Source: Prasinococcaceae sp. CCMP 1430
Taxonomy: Eukaryota > Plantae > Prasinodermophyta
Length of the DNA stretch: 64,000 nucleotides
Direction of reading: 5' to 3'
Assembly: GCA_013416795.1 (NCBI GenBank)
Contig: RQSC01000011.1
Span: forward strand, 112,721-176,720
Shown here: positions 61,187 through 64,000 of the stretch, piece after piece
How positions within the stretch are numbered: position 1 is the stretch's first letter
Layout of the letters: every line of letters starts with the position of its first letter
Position numbers and translations under genes: made by a program
Notes under the pieces: generated by a model
Databases searched by the model: none
Seen by the model: the letters and a program-made list of their open reading frames with translations, nothing else
What the model was told of the DNA's origin: nothing

Positions 61187-62004
61187 CTACTGCAGCATGC
61201 TCGGCGGGCTCTGCGAGACGAACTTCTTGAGCATGTCCATGCCGAAGCTCGAGTCCGTGGCGGAGGGCGTGGTGATGTCGAAGGGGAAGCACACGACCTC
61301 GGAGCTCACCACGGGCGGCAGGTGGTCCTTGCGCGCGTCGGCGAGCTCGAGCACGCGCTCCATGCAGCGCAGCACGCCCGCCTCGGCGGCCGCGTGGCGC
61401 CGCGCGCGCGCCGCGCCGTCGACGAGCTCGCCCTGCAGGCCGGGGCGCACCACCGACAGCTTCAGGCGCCACTTCTCCCAGTACACGCGCTCCTCCGACT
61501 TGGAGAACCACACCTGCTTGGTGCGCCGCTCGTAGAAGCCCATCTCCACCGCGAAGGTCGCCGCGGAGGACGCGCCGGCGGCGCCCCCGCCCTGCGCAAC
61601 ACCCCACGTCAGCGCCTGTGCGTGCGGTCGAGACGCGCGTGCGGGAGACGCACACACACGCGCGCGCGCGCACACGCACACGCACGCACGCACACACACT
61701 CAGGCTCTCGCTCGCGCTCGCTTGCGCGCGCGCGCAGGGTCCGTACTCTGGCCAGCTTGGCGACCGTCTGCTCGAAGGCCTTGCAGCACTTGGCGATGCG
61801 CTCCTCGACGAGCTCCTCGCCCGCGGCGTCGCCCACCGTGGCGTAGCTCACCCCCTCGAAGAGCTCGCTGGGCACGTCGCGGGGGCGCGCGAGGCCGAGC
61901 GCGCGCTGGAAGAGCACCGTGTGCAGCACGCAGCGCAGCGCCTCGCGCAGCTCGTACGGCTCGAGCTCGAGCTCGGGCAGCTCGAACACCTCGCACGTCG
62001 ACAT
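61187..62004 (-). CDS. ATG101: Autophagy-related protein 101; join(complement 61747..62004, 61187..61615)
   Basis: LREALRCVLHTVLFQRALG..RPRD, FYERRTKQVWFSKSEERVYWEKW (WF finger), KDHLPPV...CFPFDIT; phase-0 intron GTACGG...CAG. Confidence 0.93.
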
Positions 62005-62199
62005 CGCCGCCGCGCGCGCGGCGGAGGCGCGCTCGCACGGGGCGGCCTCGGCGCGCCGCGCGAGGACGGCAGAGAGGGGCGAGAGGGAGGCACGGGCCGG
62101 GGGCGGGGGCGCCCTCGCCCCCCCCCCGCTCGCGCGCAAAAAGAGCGCGCGCCGCGCGGGCGGTGTGGCGAGCGCACGTACGCGCGAACCAGCGTGGAC

Positions 62200-62401
<202 letters not shown>

Positions 62402-62644
62402 CCGCATCCGCACGAGCCGAGCGGCGTCGTGCGGTTTAGGTTTTGATTACGGTTAAACGTCCGTTACGAACGTGGGCCACGCGTCCACATGCGCATGCAT
62501 TCTGACCTTCGTCTGCGCCGTACTGGCGCCGTGGCTGGCCTGTACGAGTAGGGTTCGAAGGACGGTGCGTTTTGATGGTGTTTTTCTCGCGTTGGGCGGG
62601 TGCGCTGCGGCGGCGCCGGCGCCACAGCGTGCGGGGTGGTGGTG

Positions 62645-64000
62645 ATGTGTGTGGGGGAAGGAGCTGTTGGTGGTGGGGTTGCGGTGGCGGCGGCGGCGGC
62701 CGTGGCGGCGCTCGCGCTCGGGGTGGGGCTGGGCTCGGCGGCCGCAAACGAGGAGGGGCCGCCGCTCGTTGTGGTCGCCGATCGTGTCTTGGTTGCCGCG
62801 AGCGGTCGCGCCGCCGATGTGCGCGCATTGAAGCCCGCCGCAATCGAGGTGAACGCCGACGGCACCATCGAGCGCGTTGCGCGCGGCGAGCGCGCCATCG
62901 GCACCGTGCTCTCCAAGGCGCGTCGTGCCAACGTGTACGTAAGGCGCCGGCGCGCTTCCACGCGTTCGCGCGTGCGGCCCGCAGCACGCTGACACAGCCA
63001 CGCGCGTGCCACGTTGCCTTCCCTTCCCCTCCTCCCTCGTCCCGCATTGAAACTGCCTCCAACATCTCGCCGCTCCGTGTCGGCGAGCACAGCCGCGTGA
63101 TTGACGTGCGAGCCACAAGCGCAGTAGTCTACCCGGGACTTGCCGACTACCACACGCACGTGGTGGCGGGCGGCATGCTCCTCACGGGCCGGAAGGTCGA
63201 TCTGAGCGGCGTTTCGACGAAGACGGAGTTCGTCGCCGCCGTCAAGGATGCTGCCGGAGCGCTCGAGCCCGGAGAGTGGATGCTCGGCGGCGGCTGGGAC
63301 GCATCGGCGTTCGCTGCCGGCGAGGGGCCGAAGCGAGCGTGGCTGGACGGTGCGCTCGGCAGCAGCGTGCCCGCGCTGCTGCACTCGCACGACATGCACT
63401 CGGCGGTGGCGAGCAGCGCCGCGCTTGACGCCGCAGGCGTGGATGATGGTGCGGTGGACCCACCTGGCGGAAGTTACGCTCGCGACAGCTACGGCCGCCT
63501 CACCGGCGTCCTGGTAGACGAGGCCGCGGCCCATGTGCTTTCGTTCGCACCGCCCGCACCCCTCACCGCGCGCTTGGAGGCCGCTCACGCCGCCTCGCGC
63601 GCCGCTGCCAAGGTGGGTGCCACGCTGCTGTGTGACATGACAGACATCTCAGTCCCGCAAGAGATGGCCTTCGCCGATCTGCAGGACGTGTACGCCAGCG
63701 CCGCCTCGCAGTCGCTGCTCTCGACGCGCGTTTTCGCCTACGCTCCGCTTTCGCAGCGCGCAAAGCTGGCTGCCCTCGTCAAGTCAAAGGGCTACACAGA
63801 CTCCACCGGCATGGTGAGCTGGGGCGGCCTCAAGGCCTTCTTTGACGGCAGTCTGGGGTCGCGCAGTGCGCTCTTTGACGCGCCATACGAAGGTGAGGAT
63901 GCTGAGGAAGGGAACGCGGGCCTCAATGTCACCTCGATCGCACATATCAAGGCCGAGGCGCGCGCAGGTGCCGAGGCGGGGCTGTCTCTGGCGGTGCATG
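62645..64000 (+). CDS. Amidohydrolase 3 (YtcJ/LAF3-like), runs off window; join(62645..62934, 63093..>64000)
   Basis: Hydrophobic N-terminal anchor; after intron 62935..63092 the frame reads RVIDV...VVYPGLADYHTH, GEWMLGGGWD, HDMHSAVASS, DPPGG...GRLTGVL, GLKAFFDGSLGSRSA, LSLAVH. The second exon is absent from the ORF track because it has no stop inside the window. Confidence 0.9.

Noticed and set aside
1-62004. Membrane-traffic theme (SPG11-like, ENTH-ArfGAP, DMXL, ATG101) as a functional cluster
   Set aside because: The genes are scattered over 60 kb among unrelated genes; no evidence beyond chance.
62545-62570. GGTTCGAA, a possible tRNA T-loop/B-box
   Set aside because: No cloverleaf pairing or A-box found around it.

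Overview
Gene-dense, very GC-rich (roughly 70% by eye) eukaryotic nuclear DNA from a compact green-algal genome (inference: prasinophyte-grade; plastid-targeted genes such as TGD2, plastid S1, 2-Cys Prx, YlmG2 and plastid-type glutathione reductase, short GT-AG introns with CTRAC branch sites, and TGTAA poly(A)-type signals). About 28 protein-coding genes are supportable, mostly alternating head-to-head and tail-to-tail. I found no rRNA, tRNA, CRISPR array or recognisable transposase. The assembly has four N-gaps and three single-N joins, and several 5' ends look collapsed, so some oddities may be artefacts. Strongest leads: (1) a ~1,480-aa secreted protein built from five copies of an unrecognised ~140-aa disulfide-bonded domain alternating with four somatomedin-B-like modules plus a Pro/Thr stalk; (2) a spliced ENTH (epsin)-ArfGAP fusion gene; (3) a head-to-head pair of Ycf49-like (DUF3593+DUF2499) paralogs; (4) a small spliced orphan protein missed by the ORF track; (5) a PDZ-FKBP fusion; (6) a FATP/SLC27-type acyl-CoA synthetase; (7) recurring promoter words (TTTGATGG, a shared 25-mer, telo-boxes) seen only in intergenic DNA. 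All family calls come from motifs recognised by eye; no database search was run.
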